Shown: one piece after another, positions 11,903 through 25,977 of the stretch
Position numbering within the stretch: position 1 is the first letter of the stretch
How the letters are laid out: every line of letters starts with the position of its first letter
DNA from: Bigelowiella natans CCMP2755
Lineage: Eukaryota > Protista > Cercozoa
Assembly: GCA_000320545.1 (NCBI GenBank)
Contig: ADNK01000279.1
Span: forward strand, 1-41,300
Direction of reading: 5' to 3'
Length of the DNA: 41,300 nt
Made by a program: the position numbers and the translations under genes
The notes under the pieces: generated by a model
What the model saw: the letters and a program-made list of their open reading frames with translations, nothing else
Database searches by the model: none
What the model was told of the DNA's origin: nothing

Positions 11903-11949
11903 ATTAGGATGACAATTGTAAAATTTAATATATTCATTACACCCGTCTC
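11903..11949. repeat. Short dispersed element, copy 1, flanked by the 14-bp direct repeat ATACTGTGTCTATT (11889-11902, 11950-11963)
   Basis: ATTAGGATGACAATTG...TTCATTACACCCGTCTC matches the copies at about 17.9 kb and 38.2 kb. Confidence 0.75.
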
Positions 11950-12414
11950 ATACTGTGTCTATTGTCCATTTCATCTGCCGCACCGCTGCTATGACTCCAT
12001 GTGTATATACGCTTACGGAACGCACGCATATCCGATTATTTCAGTTATTAGTCCAAGTTAGACAAAAGCTTATTAAAAAAATGCTCTGGCAATAGTTTGG
12101 ATTTGTAGAATCGATCGCTCGCAAGGGATAAGAAGCCTCGAATATTGACAGCAGGATTGACATCACAACCAATAAATTTTAGCATGCCAGTAGTATCGAT
12201 CATAGGGATTCGCAAACGAAAACTATAATCAGAAATGCCTGAATGAACCATTTGCTATAAGCGGCTGATACATTGCTCGACTGCTACGTTATCATATAGT
12301 TATTAACACGTTTCATCCTTTACAATAAGAATAATCATTTTAGACTAGGTTATTACATCATCATCACCAACATACAGATCGCTGCAGTATGCGCTATGCA
12401 AGAGCCGGTCTTAA

Positions 12415-15400
12415 TTACAGAGTATCGGATTCTGTCTCATAGTAGTTCCGTAACCAACGGCACGTATCTTTCACAGTTTGCTTTGCCGATCGAAACATGG
12501 AGAGGGGAGTGGAGGAGGGGGATAGAAGGTCCGCTGCAGGATCGGCAGCGCCGCTATCATCGTCAATGCCACTAGTACCCAAATTGAAGGTGTCAAGACG
12601 ACCACCAGGGATAGGAGGAGTAGAAGTGAGTGTCTTTTCCTCCTGCTCCCCTCCCCTCTCTTCAGAGACGATAGTCGTTGTTCTATTTGAAGTGCTTAAA
12701 GGTGCAGTAGCAAGTGCTCGTCCTTTATCGTTTTCTTCAGGATTGAAACCTTGGAGCTCTGCCATGCTTTCCATGGTCGCTACCTACATTCGGTGATTCA
12801 ATGCACATTTCGTTTTAAATCGACAACGGGTTGGTTTCCAGCTACGCCTAACAGATACTGCCTCGACCAATACTTTTCCTTCTTCTTCTTCCTCTTCTTC
12901 TTCTTCTACTACTACTACTACTACTACCAATACTACCAATACTACTCTATTACTACTAAGATGAGAAACGACAAATCGCTGATAACTGACTTCTCTTGTT
13001 GATATACTGAGTTGATTCTGAAGTGCCCATTGTTCATCGATGTGAGGATTCGAGCCTACCAGTGTGGATTATGATGAGCAGGAATAGTAGCAGGAGGGAA
13101 AGAGGAGGATTTAGGTACTGTGCACTGTGTATGCATTCGCTACAGCATGGCCTAACTTTTTCCCATCTACTATGTGATGTTAGTGATTGCTGAAAATCAT
13201 TATTGTTATCTTCTTCACTCAAATAGCACAGGTACATGCTGATTATTCTCCAGTACACACGCAGTAATGTATATCATAATAAGAACAATTGGTGACCAGG
13301 GATTTCTTGCTTGATCCACTCCGCGATCTTCTTCGCTGGAGTTCTGGATCGAAGCAATAGCCGCAACAACAATTGATGGAGGTTGAGGACGATAAATAAT
13401 GACAAACAACCGCTAAAGATATCACTCACAACTCATCTTACCGAGACTCGAGAGAAGCGATGATGCGAGGAAGCTCATCAAGCTTGGAGCTATTCTTATG
13501 GTGCAGATACTCCGCAAGGCTGCGTAACACACCCAAAACGACCAATCCGATAGAGACAGCCAGGATTATATGATGAATGATGGCGAAGGAGAGACATTTG
13601 ATAATTAAAGTAGAGACGATTATGCTTTTCTCACCGAATATGAATTGTAGCACAATCACGCACGTCGCATATCAGTCTCGTTTGGCAAGCCTATTGATAA
13701 TGATTTTGCCGGTAAAATTATTGTATGCTCTCAATGTTCCACCGCCACCACCAACACACACTATCATACTGCACGTCTTAAGGTTCAGAAGTCAGTCACC
13801 TCTTCGCCCCGGGCCCATCTTTCAAACGCTCTGCCATCAGATCAAAGTAAATGCGACGACACAACTTTAAGTTAATAGAAAACTGTGAAGCGTACACTTC
13901 AGTGAATTACGAATGATAGTAGTGGAAGTGATATAGTGTTGTCACGGCGAGGATGATAATGACGATGATGATGATAATGATTATCATGCCAGATTCTTCC
14001 CTTACACCGCAAATGAAATAGATTGTCTCGCCCCGCCCCCAGCTTCTCCTGTTTTTACTATCGTACTTCCTAGTTACTTTAAGCTTGGAGATGATGAGCC
14101 AGCAGCAGCGGGTGCTGACGAAATCGCAGCGGGTATAGCAGCAGCATCAGCAGTAGCAGTGGTTTTGGCCTTTCCACCATAGCCGGCTGTTGCCGCTGCT
14201 CTGGCTGGCGGACCTAGCAAGAAGCCAGGTAAGACCGACCCGAATGGAACACCCTCCCGTCGACATATCATTCCTAAGCGCTTCTCCACCTTATTATCAA
14301 GTAGCAGCAGCAGCAGCAGCAGCAGCAGCACGTAGCAACTACTTTACTTGCAGTTAGAACAGAAGTGAAGTGTACACATGTGGGCTTATGCGTGTGTCCG
14401 TGCGTGGAGAGTTCATGCCGCCGGCTTCCCAACAATAACATAAGCCAGCAAACCGAATGGCGGCCACAGGGACACAGGTGACAACCGCTATTTAATTGCT
14501 CACATCATTGCTAATATGGGAAAGGGCAGATAAAAAAGAGTAATAGCCACAGAAGTTTCACCACCTCTGTTTTGGCCCACGGATATGCGTGCTGCGGACT
14601 TTTGCTGGGATCTGACTAGGTCACCCATAGGGAAGAATGGAGAGGGGTGGGAGAATTAGCGGAGGGCCGAATTGGTAACAAGGTATGATTAATAATGTGG
14701 TTCAAACTAAAATAATTACGTTCGTATTCCAATCCATGTTTGTGAAGATTTTGCCGTTCATCGGACGTTGACCTGGTCCTCTAATGCTTGCAGTGCTAGC
14801 AATATTGTCAAATTGAACGTGAATATAGTGGCCATACAAAGCTATTCATTTTAGAGTGGAAAACTCCATGATTCTCATCTTCCTAAGAATATCATCATGA
14901 TATCACGACTTGTCATAATGGCTATGGTAATCATCGTCATCGTCTTCGTATTGCAGTGTTAGTGGGAGTTATGCGAGCTCAGAATCTGCAACTAAGTCCC
15001 CGAAATCATCACCTTGACGTTTGAACTACTGCTGATACATTGCCACCCTGCTGCTGTAAGTATTGATATGTGTGGTATTCTCATTACTGCCGTCATCACC
15101 GTTATCGTCGTCGTTTATATTTCATTTGATAGCTAAGCACCACCACCGACAACAACCGTAATAATACCTTACATATAGCAGCCAGAACTGTATCCGTCAT
15201 CTCCAACATAGGATTCACGATCTGTTATTGTTTATTTTTTTGTACTTTTGCGATTTAAATAAAATTTGCTTCCGTAAAGCAATATTGATGAACCATTGTA
15301 GCATTTTCTAAGTGATCTACCTGATCCATTGCTTCCTGATAGCCCATATTATTAGCTGGTATGAAAGGTGCTGCTGTAAGGAACACCCACTGTGGTCGAT

Positions 15401-16172
15401 GAGCTGCGATCAATCTAGAGTAGTAGCACCAAAACGTCATCATTAAGCAAAACAAGAATGCATATTTCCTATCTGATCCATTGGTTAGATTGACCCGTTA
15501 ACTATTGGAGGGTCTGTAAGATTGACATGGCGTTCCAGAATCAACTCCCCAGATTCTATCTCGTCGCTGAACCTCATTAGGAAATCTTGCACCCTGTTGC
15601 TGCTTTTTTCACTTGCGCGCACTGTTCCAACTACCTTGTACCCCTTCCGCAGCAGCTGGATCACATCCGTATGATAACACACATCACAATGATAATGACG
15701 CATCATACACAAACACCCACTTTGGCCGACTATCTATTATTGTAACAACCTGGTCCACAATGTGCGCTCCTAGATAGCCGTTTGCGCCCGTCACGAGTGC
15801 TCGAATAGGATGCGCGCGTTTGTGAAGCTGCTCGGATGATGCCACTACTACGGAGCCCCGACGGGTTGGGGGGGCTCCCTCGAGATCGTCGCCATCAAAT
15901 GTTGCTGCTACTGCAGATACCTCAGGTTTGTTTGACGAAGATGGGGACAAATGACGATGATGAACGTGAGCAAAGCGACGCTCAAACAGTCTTCCTTTTT
16001 CAAGTATGTTGACCCTCCACCTACGGTGGCATTGTCGAGACGAGATTTGATTGTGGGTATGCCCCAATAGTGTCGCTTCCTCTGCTGCTCTGCGTAACGT
16101 TGTGAGGCTGTTGAACATAAGCAGTCCGAAGATGGTCACAACTAGTGAGCATCGAATCCTGGCTGCTTTCAT
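12415..16172 (-). CDS. NAD(P)-dependent epimerase/dehydratase, extended SDR (dihydroflavonol reductase/Gre2-like), probably plastid-targeted; multi-exon
   Basis: Spliced motifs in order: LVTGANGYLGAHIVDQ|LLRKGYKVVGTVR, FLTAAPF, VVQTSS|TASIRG...MDWN, catalytic YPWAK, VLPGFLLGP, ICDVRDCATIH, RIIAS. N-terminal hydrophobic signal plus Arg/Ser-rich transit-like segment. The last few exons are less certain. Confidence 0.85.
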
Positions 16173-16508
16173 AATTTTTATCCCTAAGCCCAAAGCGCCG
16201 TGCTCCTCGTTATTGATTCCTACTTGTTGAAAGGGGGGCAGAAGGAGTCGTCTCCGACTCGGAACATCATCCGAGCACTTTTGCCGATAAGCGGGAAAAG
16301 GACAAAATGCAGGAGACTCTACCAGGTGCGACATAGAATAATTCTATTTCAACCTCAGAGAGAGTTTTTAAGTGAAAACTTCGTAGGAAAATATAATGAA
16401 ATCCAGGACGCCAACAACAAAAACAACAACTGTGACTGGCCTTCGACAACGATCTCGAACCCCCCTCGACCCGTCTCGTCCGCAAGTGCTGAGATTTAAC
16501 GAAGGAGA

Positions 16509-17550
16509 ATGAGTCTGACCAGGATCACGAGACGACTGTCTAAATTGTGCTCAAATAATGGCATAGTTTGGAGTGCTGCTACGTCAAATTCCACCACGGT
16601 GCCGCAGATCGTAGTCATCATCTGTACTCTTTGACATAAACCTTCAACATAGGGGAAAAGGTTCTTCGGGAAGAAGAGACGAAAGAAAGACAAAGTCCAA
16701 GTTCCCTTAAAGGTTGACGATTGCTTTGAGAGAAACTCGGTGATATAAACATTTGCTTATTTACAGGCGGTCCTGAAGAAATTCTATTTGAGGACTCATC
16801 CAGATCTTTTTATGAACCACCCAGATGAAAAGGGAGTGAACGAGGTAGTTCCACCGTATTTTAAATGGCGCTTTCTATTTTGGTGAACACTTACACTTTA
16901 CTTTTTAGCAATCTCTCCAGCATCTCCAGGGTTTGTTGGATGAGCTCAAGGATTCTACTGAATACTATCCGCCCGCCTCACACATATCGTAAAAGCTAAT
17001 TTTCCTAAACAGAATTCGAACCACTGTTGCTTCAAATCTTAATGGATGTATTCCTATGGCAGCTTGGACTTCTATCTGCGAGTGAGTGGAGAGGAAGATT
17101 TCAAACATGTAAGAACAACTTTATTTCCTTATCTAAATATTAGGCTAGCTAAAAGGCTAATTTAAAATAATTTGAAGGCCACATTAGACATTCGAACGTC
17201 GGGCGGGGAATGCAAACAGGTGAATACTACCAGTATGAATCGTATTCTGTAATTGTAATGATGTCAGTATTTCTGTTGAACATTCAGCTTGTGAAGAGAA
17301 ACTTAAGTAGCTTCTTCGACAGTGTCGGGTTACCCAGCGAATTTGAATGGGGTAGAATTTGATATATTTTGTTTTTGCCTATTCTGAGATTTAGTGGCTA
17401 TGCCATAGGTTCAGATTTTTGGCAAACTCCGTTGCTCACTGACGTTTTGAGGTAAACTACACTTCAATGAAAATTCGTCATAATGAATGTGTCATGTTGA
17501 ATTTTAGGGAAGAACAAATGCAAGCGGCTGCTGAAAGAAAAGAAACTTGA
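16509..17550 (+). CDS. DUF4460 / TCAIM-like protein, probably mitochondrial (about 9 exons)
   Basis: AVLKKFYLRTHPDLFMNHPDEKGVNE|QSLQHLQGLL...|LDFYLR matches the DUF4460 motif; Arg-rich N-terminus MSLTRITRRLSK; all introns are phase-compatible GT-AG. Confidence 0.85.
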
Positions 17551-17811
17551 TTCCCGTTTAATTTCTCTATTAATCTTCAATGATGAGTGTATACTCGAAA
17601 TATGGAGGGGGCCTTATACGTGATAGAGAAGCTGTCGATCTGCCAAGCTAGTCACTAGTTCAAGATAGGCGTGATGTCTACATGTGCTTAAATTTAAGAA
17701 ATTATGTTAAGCCATGGTGTCTCATGAAACGCGCATGTAACTTGTTTGTGTGTGTATGACGCATAACAATATGCATGCTGGCCGTTTCACGCGCGTCAGA
17801 TGTGTATGCCG

Positions 17812-17815
<4 letters not shown>

Positions 17816-17858
<43 letters not shown>
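17816..17858. repeat. (AT)n microsatellite
   Basis: Direct reading. Confidence 0.95.
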
Positions 17859-17862
<4 letters not shown>

Positions 17863-17904
17863 CTTATGCGCCATGTGACCAAGGAAACAAATAGACACAA
17901 TTTA

Positions 17905-17985
17905 AGCGCTGTAGCCGCTGCATTGCACAGCTACATTAGGATGACCATTGAAACAATTTAAATATTTCATTACATCCGTCTCATA
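17905..17985. repeat. Short dispersed element, copy 2
   Basis: AGCGCTGTAGCCGCTGCATTGCACAGCTACATTAGGATGACCATTG...TCATTACATCCGTCTCATA; aligns with 38218-38307 over its length and with 11903-11949 over its right half. Confidence 0.75.
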
Positions 17986-18325
17986 TATATATAAGTAGTC
18001 GACTTACATAGTAATAACAAGACGAATGAACAATGCGCACATTGTGTGATACAGTGATCGATACATGATTTCCTCAGTGTGTAATGATAGACAGAGTGTA
18101 GTGGTGAATTGTGTAGGTGCAACACATACTTCCAGTTTTGGGAAGTGGCTGCAAATAATAATAATTAACTGTTTTGATTCAACATATGTTTTGCCGCGCA
18201 TGCTATGTTACGAGCCGCATGAATGAAATGTATTACTTAGTTTTGGGAATTTTATTTGTAGCTTCTGACTAGTTTCTAACAACTTGCATCTAAAATCCAT
18301 ATTTTAATCAAGAGCTCTTGAGTTT

Positions 18326-20137
18326 TTACTTTTCTTCATCTACTTTTTCCTTACCATTTGCTTCGTCCTGATATTCGACAAAGGTATAACTTGTACGATC
18401 AATACTGCTATCATATTTGCAATTTAGATATTAGTGAAAAGTGTTTCTTTCGCTAAGAACCTCTACTCTTATAGTCCAAAGATTAACATTGTCACGAAGG
18501 AGTTGCATCACAAGTGTTGAATCCTTGTAGTGACTAAAATAGTAACAAAATCAGATGAAATAGGGTGTTCTCAAATCCAACATAAAGTCAACCTTTCTTC
18601 CAACTTATCAAGCTGTGCAATTGCTTCGTCAAATGCTTTCTTTGCAATCTCACAGGCCTGGAAAAAATGAATTTAGGTAGCAGTGTTTTGATGAAAAAGC
18701 TCACGACCTGCGTTTCACTTCAGATGATAATAACTATCTTTGTAAAGTGAGAAGAAAAACACTTCTCCATAAAGAAGTTTATAGTATACATGAACTAACC
18801 TTCTTCTGGTTCTTAAGTATTTCGAAGTAACAAACGGAATGATTTAGAGCGAGGGCAAGACGGATTGGATGAGTTGGTTTAAGATGGTCTTCTGCTAAAT
18901 TACTTCCTTGAGTATAGCTGTGTCCGTAGAATAAAATAAGTCTTAACGGTTAAATTAAACTGCTTGTGAAGGTGCTTCTTACTATTTGTCAGCCTTCTTG
19001 GCATTTTTCAGCTCTGAGTCAACTTCTGCGAGGTAGCGGTAATAGTCCCCAACCATCTGAAAGTTGGAGATGCTTAGTAGGAAAAGAAACGATATGCTGG
19101 TGATGTTTTTTTGGAATGCTTTCCGTAACCGAAATCCACCTTTGTGTAGAAGATGCGAGCTTCTTTGTGGGCGCTCTAAAAATAAAAAAGGCATGTTATG
19201 TTCCAGAGACCAACAGATAGCGTGTTAGCATGTACAAGATCAAACACACACACATACACATACACATACACACACATATATATAATATGTATTATGTATG
19301 ACCGTCATTTCATTGTCTGAAGATACAAGTTTGCGGATGTTTGGAATGAGTTTTTGCTGAAGAACGTCCAGAACCTCTTTGCAAATCTTCATGATCTACG
19401 GTATGGAAAATAAAAAAATATTTAGATTGCAAATTGACTCGGAGAAGATGATTTTACCTCTTTCTTCACCAATTCTTTGTACGATATAATCATGTCGTTC
19501 TCTTTGTTCTCTCCCTAAAATTTATAAATAGAAATTAGAAAGAACTTTCAACTTCTGTAACTAAATCATCCTCGACGAGTATAATTGGAATTCCCACGTG
19601 TTGAAAGACTCGAAAAGAAGCCCGGCGTGATCCAACTTCGTTTTTGTAACTATTGAAATATTTCACTGAATGCGTGACATTGATAGTTGATTGAAGTTGG
19701 TAATTATACCCGACAGAAAAGAGGTTTCGCATCTCTTCTGAGAGATCTTTATTCGATTTTACGCGAAAGTCAATCTGTAAGTTGTAACAAGGTCGGTAAA
19801 TTTCCAAACGTACTGAAGAGGTCTTTTAAGTACCAATGCAAGCATCCATCTGCACATCTCGTCGTAGCGTTCACATACTTCAGCAGTCTAGAACACATAC
19901 TGTTAGTTCCATTCACTCCAATAGCAAGTAGCCAGCATGCAAGGATTTTGGGAGATTTGGGGGATCTAAAAACTTGTCTTACCTTGATCATGAACTCAGC
20001 AATGCTCTCGAATTCCTAAAGTCACAGTGCTGCATCAAATCATCTCCAAATCACACCATCGATGCAAAAACCTCTGCATCCGTTTTTGATGCCGCCTCAA
20101 TCAGCTTCTGGTTTTTTTGTTCACTAGAAGCTGCCAT
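18326..20137 (-). CDS. 14-3-3 protein, divergent paralog (about 13 exons)
   Basis: AEVCERYDEM, RNLFSVG|YKNEVGSRRASFR, FYTK|MVGDYYRYLAEV, PTHPIRLALALNHSVCYFEIL, ACEIAKKAFDEAIAQLD, YKDSTLVMQLLRDNVNLWT. Confidence 0.95.
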
Positions 20138-20523
20138 GGTTCCTGCTTTGAAAATGAGATCGAGAAAGGTAGTCAATTATGTGTCATTAGGCGTCGTCCT
20201 CCAACCGAGCACCTCCTCTCCTTCTTCATACAAGGGTGAGCGGATGACGGAGGTCAGAGATATCCAGATTTGTAGTAACCAACTTCGTCGCTTCAAAAAT
20301 AAACAACTTAGCCACCAAAAGTTGGTTACGACAAGAGAAATATATTGAATTAAATAAAAAATGGATCACCGAAACTGAGCCCATAGGAAAAGATGCCAAC
20401 GACTTCTCACTTTTCAGGCATTATTTTCAGAAACGAATTATTTCTTTGGTATATTTATGTCGCAGGAGTAAAATATAAGGAATAATTAAACTAAGTTTAA
20501 TAGAAAATTCTCTTAGTGCGACA

Positions 20524-23500
20524 ATGGAATGCTTTCTAGAATTGAGCAATTTGTCTGACAATCACTTTCCAGAAGAAAGTTCCGAGAATGGGTCCAGAGC
20601 CCTCACCGACTGGGGCACCCTCTCCGCGCGTCTCCAAGACAACGCCACAACAACTGAACACGGCAAGAATGCTCTCAACCTTTTCAGCAACTTCTTCAAT
20701 GAGTGCGAACGCAACGTTGATGAAGGCGCCACCAATCATAAAGGCTCAAGAAAGAAAGAAGAAGGGTTTTCCCTCTGGGAATTCCGGAATATCACGTACT
20801 GCCATTCATCCGGCTATGGGGTAAAAAAATATTGAATTCCTTCAGTAAATAGTTTATATCAAATTTTAATTGCCCTTTTTTAATATAGTATTGCACTGTT
20901 GACCATTGGATCTTTAGAAGTGGCAGCTGCCGCCGCAGCAACCACTTCGGCATCTTTTGATTGCCCCTTCGCCTCCTATGGGAAACGGAAGAGTCCTCGA
21001 CAATTTGACGCGAATTTCTTCGTTTCAGGGGGTTTAGGGTGGAAAATGGTTATTGGTGGAAGTAGAGCTCAGATTGGGTGCGGTGCCGATGATGGTGGTC
21101 CCGTTGTTTGCGAAATTCCCTCCTCCAAGAGGTTCCGGGCAAGTAGTCCGAATTCTACTCGTTTACATCCGATGGATTTGACAATGGACGGAGTAAGTCC
21201 TCGAGATTCGAAATTGCGAAGTAATATTGGTCGGGAATGTAAACAAAATACGAAGAAGAAACCTCTTCGGAGTTTTGGTCGAATAGCACGTCACGAAGGA
21301 GCCATCGTCTCTCCGTATTGTTGCTCTCAAAAAGCAGAGAGAAAGCAATCACACGAAACTTCTATACGTCTCTCTAAAAATGGTACAGATTATCCCCTCG
21401 TGGGAAAGGGAGATGGAAACACGCAGAAACAGGGGGAACAACGGTGGGAGATTGTGAAGTTGAAAGACAATTATCGCCTATTGCGACGCTTAGAATTGGA
21501 TGAGCGGATACGTAGTCGCGTAGATTTATCAAGCATGCCATTAGGCTCTAAGGAGCAACAGGAACAAATGCTGAAGGATTTTTGTCGTTATCTTCGCGAA
21601 GTGAAAGGCAGTGAGGTAAATGACTTGGATGTATACTTGGAATTGAATGTGGTTGAAGCTCTCATATGCTGTTTATTGCGCATAGGTTTACGATGATGAT
21701 GAGCGAGACATTCGTTTCAGCCTTAAAATCGATGGAAAGAAGAAAACACTTGTGATACGTCCGAGGAAAGGTGTGCAAGGCTGCGAACAAAAGGCGCGCT
21801 CAACGTAAGTAACCCCATTGGTTCTCAATTCTTAGTCTGAATTTAATCCAAATTCTACTTTAGCAGGGGCTCTTGCATCGCTCAAGCAGCAGATAACGAT
21901 AACGCTTCTTCGCCTCCTGCCGACATGCAGTCAGGATTAGACGCAGCACGATCGAGATCAAGCGCAGCAGGAGAAGAGAGACACTGTTCTGTCCTCCCTA
22001 TCGCTGAAGAATTCTTCGACATGCTCATTGATGACGCTGATGATGATGATGATGATGATGATGATAATGATGATAGCGGTGATAGTGCTGGGACGATGAT
22101 CAAAGGAAGGATTATCCAAGCCACGACTGTTTCTTCGACGTTAGCACCAGTTCATACGACAACAATCTCGACGGTAAGGAAGCAGCACCACCAGCAGAAG
22201 GCTCAGCAAAATTCTTCTTCATTGAACAAAAAGAATAAGCAGCAGCAGGGGGAGGAGCGTTATCATCGCGAACAGAGAAAGAAGGAAAAGGATCGACATC
22301 TTCATCAGTCTCAGAAGAGAAAGAACAAGGAGAATGAGCAGAATCACTTCGAGGCGATGATGAATACTATCACCACCAATGTCACGAAGGAACAACAGCA
22401 GCATGCTGTAGTTACAGAGAATGTTCTCACTGCACACAAGAAATGGCCACTCTCCCGTGTTGCGCTCCAAGGAAAATGCTTTCAACACGTCTGTGCGACT
22501 ATGCTCTCTTTTCTATCCACAAAGGAACGTCACGTTGTGCAAAGGTTGGGATCATCATCATCATCATCATCATCTCATCATCATCATCATAAAGTGGTGT
22601 TGTTTGAGTTGCTGAAAGCTATGTAATTTTGCATCCCCCCCCTTCACAACAGCTCTGGATTTCTCTCATTTATCTCTCACGCTCTCTTCTCAATTGATTC
22701 TCTGTTGTATTTCTTATTTGCTTTCAGGGTATGCAAAATGTGGGCCTCTCGATTTTCTTTCTCTAAAACTACCACTCTGAATCTCTCCGGAGTGTACACG
22801 TTGACTAACCAGCAATTTATCAAATTGGTATCATCATCATTATCATCATCATCTATGATTTGCTTCTTCTCTGCCACCACTTCCATTCCGCCCCTCGAAT
22901 AAACTCCTCCTCTTCATACTGTTCCTGCTGTTTCCTCGCCTTACCTCGAATAAATAATAGCGTCTGATAGAATTCTATATTTCTCCTGAGATAAACCACC
23001 GTGCCTCCCCCTTTCTCCTTCCTCCCTTCCTGGCGTCCCTCTCCCCTTAGGTGGGGCTTTATCCTAGCCTGAAGACTGTTAGTCTGCGAGGCTGTAGAAG
23101 GCTCACTGACAATGTCAGATTTTCCTCGTATATTATTGTGGCTGATATTTATTTGGCTGCCTAAAGCATGTATTTTCCTTCTAATGAGCATCAAATTGTA
23201 TTACCACCATTCCAAATGACAACATCACCTGGGTCGTTAACTACCCCTACCTATGGAACACGATGTTCGTGATATATCTGTTTTACTGATGCACGAATGG
23301 CCAAGAATCAATCCATTAACAAACAGTCTCTTACAAATAGTATTTTAGTAGTCGTAGTAATAGTAATAATTCTCAATAGGCGTTGAAAACTTTGGCCGAC
23401 ACACAATCGAAGAGCGTCGTATCCGTGGATCTTTCTCGTATGCCAAAGATTTCCGATGGTAGTAGTCTCTTATTGATCCCTCTTATTATTTGCGCGCGCG

Positions 23501-23802
23501 CGCATGTGTGTGTGTGTGTGTGCTGGAGAGGGTGTTGGGTATAGATTATAATCCATTCCGCCAAATTTATTTCCATTTCGAAACATATTGCGATCGAATC
23601 TGTCTTCATTTGAATCACTTTTGTTGTTTTATGTACGAATAGATGGGCTCAGACTCTTGGAATCCTGCCAGGATCTCCAGAAACTGTCTATCGCAAGTTG
23701 CGCCAACATTACCAAAGGCGGCGTTCAAACTTTGGCCCGAAAGTAGCTTATTTATTCCATAATTATGAATCGTGAATATTCACCCTTTAATACATTCGCC
23801 TA

Positions 23803-23850
<48 letters not shown>

Positions 23851-24637
23851 GTTGACACCGATTTCATCTTTAAGGCAAAAACAAGATCATTTGATTTCCG
23901 CTGTGTTCGTTCGTCGTCCGCTTTGGATGTTATTGTTGTTGTTGGATATTATTACTTATTACAATAAAGGTGTCCCAAGCTTGTTCCTCCCATTATTGTC
24001 CCAACTCTCACCCGTCAGCGGGTAGTGAAGAAACAAATTATATTCATATCACCACGTTGCAGAGTACACACGAGTAGTAGTCGTAGTCGTAGTCGTAGCG
24101 TGCAGGGTGTTTTCATTTCGCGTAGTGGTCATTATTTATCGCCCGTCGTCATCGTCACGGCTTTTTCTGACTAACCTTGCTACTTTTTCCCACCAACAAA
24201 TGTGGTTGCTTAGGGTATCTATTGGATGCAAACAAGCCAGAGACCTCTCGAGCCAATGCCATCACCAGGCGCTGCTACCACTGCTACAACTACAGATGAG
24301 TGGAAAAACAGCAGCAGCAATACTGGTGGTCATCGTCATCACGATCCTTATTCTTCTGCTCCGAACTGTGGAAGGCTCCCCCTGCCTACCACAGATATGA
24401 TGATTATGATGCCCCAGTCCGAGAAAGCATCGAGTCCTCCAGAAGGTAGTAGTGTTAGAAGAAGAAGATGTTGCTGCTGCCGTTGCTGCTACTGTCCATT
24501 AGAACATTATGGCGATCGATCCTTCTAAAATGCATAGCTGACCGTTATCTTTCTCTCTTGTAGATCCTGTGATTCTCCCTACTCACCTCCCCAGCTTTGG
24601 CATGCAGAGGAGCTCCTTCTTCATGAGGGATTCTTGA
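20524..24637 (+). CDS. F-box/leucine-rich-repeat (RNI-like, FBXL-type) protein with long low-complexity N-terminus; multi-exon
   Basis: F-box-like 'MLSFLSTKERHVVQR|VCKMW' followed by LRRs 'LNLSGVYTLTNQ', 'VSLRGCRRLTDN', 'VDLSRMPKISD', 'LQKLSIASCANITKGGVQTLA..CPKL'. Linkage of the 5' exons and the final stop (24528 or 24637) are uncertain. Confidence 0.7.
23806..23847. repeat. (AT)n microsatellite (intronic)
   Basis: Direct reading. Confidence 0.95.
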
Positions 24638-25977
24638 AAAGACCTATGCTTGTTATAGGACATCCGGCCGCCACACGGGGGTGTGCGGCAGAAGCTGTGT
24701 CGTGTTTTGGTGATTGCTTCTCACTTTGTAAGACAGCTGTTCTTTACCAAGACTACTGGCTTCGCATCTCATAGCGGCAGCAATGGCAACCAAAATCTAA
24801 GCTCTACATGAATTTACTCTCTTTTTTGAAGAATTGTTTGCCTCTTCTCGAAAATAGCTAATCTAGCATTGAGATTGGGGGTGGATAATTCTTTTATATA
24901 ATTGATGAAATTGCCGGATGGAGCTACAGTCGGCGCCGACTATTTCTTCGTTTTGGTGCATGTAACAGCTACTTGATATTGGAAGCTGCACGCCTGCAGC
25001 ACTTGAAATCAATCAAAGATGCCCTGAATTGAGTATCTTAAACTAGTATAGGAGTTGCCGTAATCTTTACTCAATCGTTCGTCGTTTTCCCTCTACCGGT
25101 GGAATCCATCGGGGAACATTGCATGATGATACCTCACATAGTTTTTCTGGTCATAATATATCCCCGTATTTCTCTTGCAAGGTAGTTTACTTATTGCCTT
25201 CACATCGCTCATGACGTAAATATCGCTACCCTGTTGTGTGGCTGCATGATCGACTTTGCATGCCAAAGCTTATGTTCCATTAGCACCAGAGTTGTAAGCC
25301 CGATGCAGCTTCTCTTTAGCAGATAATGCAGTGCTTTAAATCGCTAGCTAATTATGACATGTGCAGAGCATGTATATGCGCGCGCAAGTGTAATGATATA
25401 TATTGTAACACGGCTAGACGGTAAAGCCGTATAGCTAGATAGCACTAGTAATAATGTGCTTGATATGTTGCTATAGTTCACGTGTAATTCAACAAATAAA
25501 TCAATTGCATGGTATATGAAATTAAGATTTCTACCTGTTAGTGCGTGATTGTCGCAGCAAGTCTGCCAGCCTGCGTGAAATGCACATGTGCATGCTCTGT
25601 TAGTCGCAGTGTGGCTCGTATCGTAGTTTGGATGTTAGCAATTTGCTCTTATACATCTTGACGAGTCGCCGCCTATAATAAATGGCGCAAGAGCGCATGT
25701 CATTGCTAGATTGTCTTTAATAAGTATTCATGTTCAACGCTAGCATAGAGCCCATTGTAAGTTTCAAAATGAACTTTTCGTATATAATTACAACCGGTGC
25801 AAGCACCGCATGTCACAATCTAGCATTGCTAGATTGGCCACTAGCACAAACAGGCTATCGCCGCCATTATTGCAATAAATGATCTCTTCTACTAATATAT
25901 ATAGCTTTGTACAAAATAATGTTGTTAAATCTTGAAGTATCCTGATATGATATGATCTCTAAATTTTTATCAGCCTT

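Noticed and set aside
11889-11963. Repeat-spacer-repeat unit as a CRISPR-like array
   Set aside because: Only two 14-bp repeats, in a eukaryotic context with no cas genes; the 'spacer' is itself a dispersed repeat.
12048-12251. 67-aa minus ORF (MVHSGISDY...)
   Set aside because: No recognisable motif; it lies in the 3' spacer and cannot be supported as a gene.
12415-14331. Separate hypothetical gene downstream of the epimerase
   Set aside because: The exons carry the C-terminal SDR motifs (PGFLLGP, DVRD) and belong to the 12415-16172 gene.
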